DNA of 7,974 nt from Selaginella moellendorffii. Taxonomy: Eukaryota; Plantae; Lycopodiophyta. A program made the position numbers and the translations under genes. The notes beneath the pieces are model-generated. The model was not told the DNA's origin. It made no database searches and saw nothing but the letters and a program-made list of their open reading frames with translations. Shown in pieces: positions 6,584 through 7,974 of the stretch. Positions within the stretch are counted from its first letter, which is position 1. Each line of letters begins with the position of its first letter. Location: the NCBI RefSeq assembly GCF_000143415.4, contig NW_003314644.1:1-7974 (forward strand), read 5' to 3'.

Positions 6584-7974
6584 AATGATTGTATGTTATT
6601 TCATAAGGAGAATAAGGACCTTCAATTTTGTAGAATTTCTAATGCTAGCAAGCACAAAGATTTTAATAATTATATACCTGAGAAAATAATGCATTATTTC
6701 TTTATTATACCTTGACTTCAACAATAATTTCAATATAGAGAAATAACACAATATATAACTTATCATTTTATCATCAATCCACTAATGGAATAATGACAAT
6801 GCCTGCAGATGGTTCAACTTAAAAAAAAATTCGAAGATGATTATCCAGATTTTGCAGTAGATCCAAGAAATATACATCTTAGTATGGCTGAAGATGATCT
6901 TTCTCCAACAAAATTAATGGTAAAAATATATTCATGTTAGGCAATTGTTGCAATTAATAATAATATACCACCAACTCTAGCAATTAAGCCTTCATTTATA
7001 TTCCTTATTATGATTATACTAGGTATTAGTTTAAAAAAATAAATTGAAATATTTATATCTATAATTTTTCTAGGCCCAAAACTTCCTAAGGTACTTAATA
7101 TTTATTGGTTATTATTTTTGGAAGAGTTAAAACAATTATGGGATGGAGTGCCATGCAAAGATAATTCTAAGCTAGAGGGTCAACAATTTTTTAAGCTTAG
7201 AGAAGTAGTGTGATAGTTTATTCATGATTTTCCTGGATTATGATTTTGTTCCAAGATTTTGAACTAATGGGAAAATACTTTTACCCAGATTGTGGATCTA
7301 CATTCTTAGAATATAGTCAAGAAGTTTATAAAAAAAGCATATATATTGGTCATTGGTGTTTCTTACCTATAGATCATCTATTTAGGTCTACTAATAGAAT
7401 GTAAGATTTTAGTTATTATTTCTAAAACATAATTTTAATTAGTTTATTTAATAGTCATAATTATATTTGACCAATACTAGGACAAATGAATCCAAAAAAA
7501 TAGGTACCATATTATTATTTGGTTAGACAAGAAGATCAAATATCATTACCTAATGGTATGAAATGGTTATATCCACATTTTATCAACTTCCATATTTTTA
7601 TAAGTTGCCAATAGCATTTTTAAAGGATTACACACATATATTTAAGAATGTTTTTGAAATTATATATAAAACTATTACTGGTAAAAATGATGAATTAAGT
7701 ACTAAAAAAGACTTATTTGTGTACAGAATGAAGTAAAATATGTGGCTGCTACATGATGGAAAAATTGATCATAGAACTTGGACATTAACAAGTCATCAAA
7801 ATAAATTATTTATTGATAATATAGAGGCTTTTAAAGTGTTTACAATATATGGAACTGAATTTTCAAATCGTATAGATGAGAAAGGTAATTTAATAGGTAT
7901 GAAAACAATTGGCTTCATTTACTATGAGTACGTTTCTAAATTTAATAAAATGTTAATTAATATAGTTATTAGGA
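6584..7974 (+). mobile_element. Decayed CACTA/En-Spm Tnp2 (TnpD-like) transposase, 5'-truncated, running off the window
   Basis: The piecewise translation NDCMLFHKE..IPEKIMHYFFIIP*LQQ..GIMTMPADGST*KK..YPDFAVDPRNIHL..YSC*AI..NIPP..LG|PK..LEELKQLWDGV..FIHDFPG..YIGHWCFLPIDHLFR..FYQLPY..DYTHIFKNVFE..GNLIGMKT is collinear with the Tnp2 motifs MRHPADG, DPRNVRL, IPGPK, TINDFPA, MGHRRFLP, LDVMHIEKNV and GLKSHD. Many stops are present. Confidence 0.92.

Overview
This is eukaryotic land-plant nuclear DNA. The 51-70 nt introns and the PPR style suggest a Selaginella-like lycophyte (inference). The window is a tightly packed mosaic of damaged genes, in this order: (1) the 3' exons of a mitochondrial carrier (SLC25) pseudogene (+); (2) a PLS-E class PPR pseudogene broken by about 15 small frameshifting deletions, whose L motifs carry a repeated ~16-aa insert (+); (3) a convergent LRR receptor-like protein gene with no kinase, two frameshifts and a recent near-identical internal LRR amplification (-); (4) a short nad5 NUMT just upstream of its start codon; (5) a probable CACTA terminus; (6) four 3' exons of a TIC32-like short-chain dehydrogenase with a nonsense codon (-), fused directly to (7) a heavily C>T/G>A-decayed CACTA Tnp2 transposase that appears to contain short introns (+). 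I see no evidence for a complete new biological system. The best leads are gene-fragment capture inside a CACTA element, a possible secreted truncated LRR protein, the extended PPR L motif, and two contrasting modes of sequence decay side by side. All homology calls come from motif recognition by eye, not from database searches.
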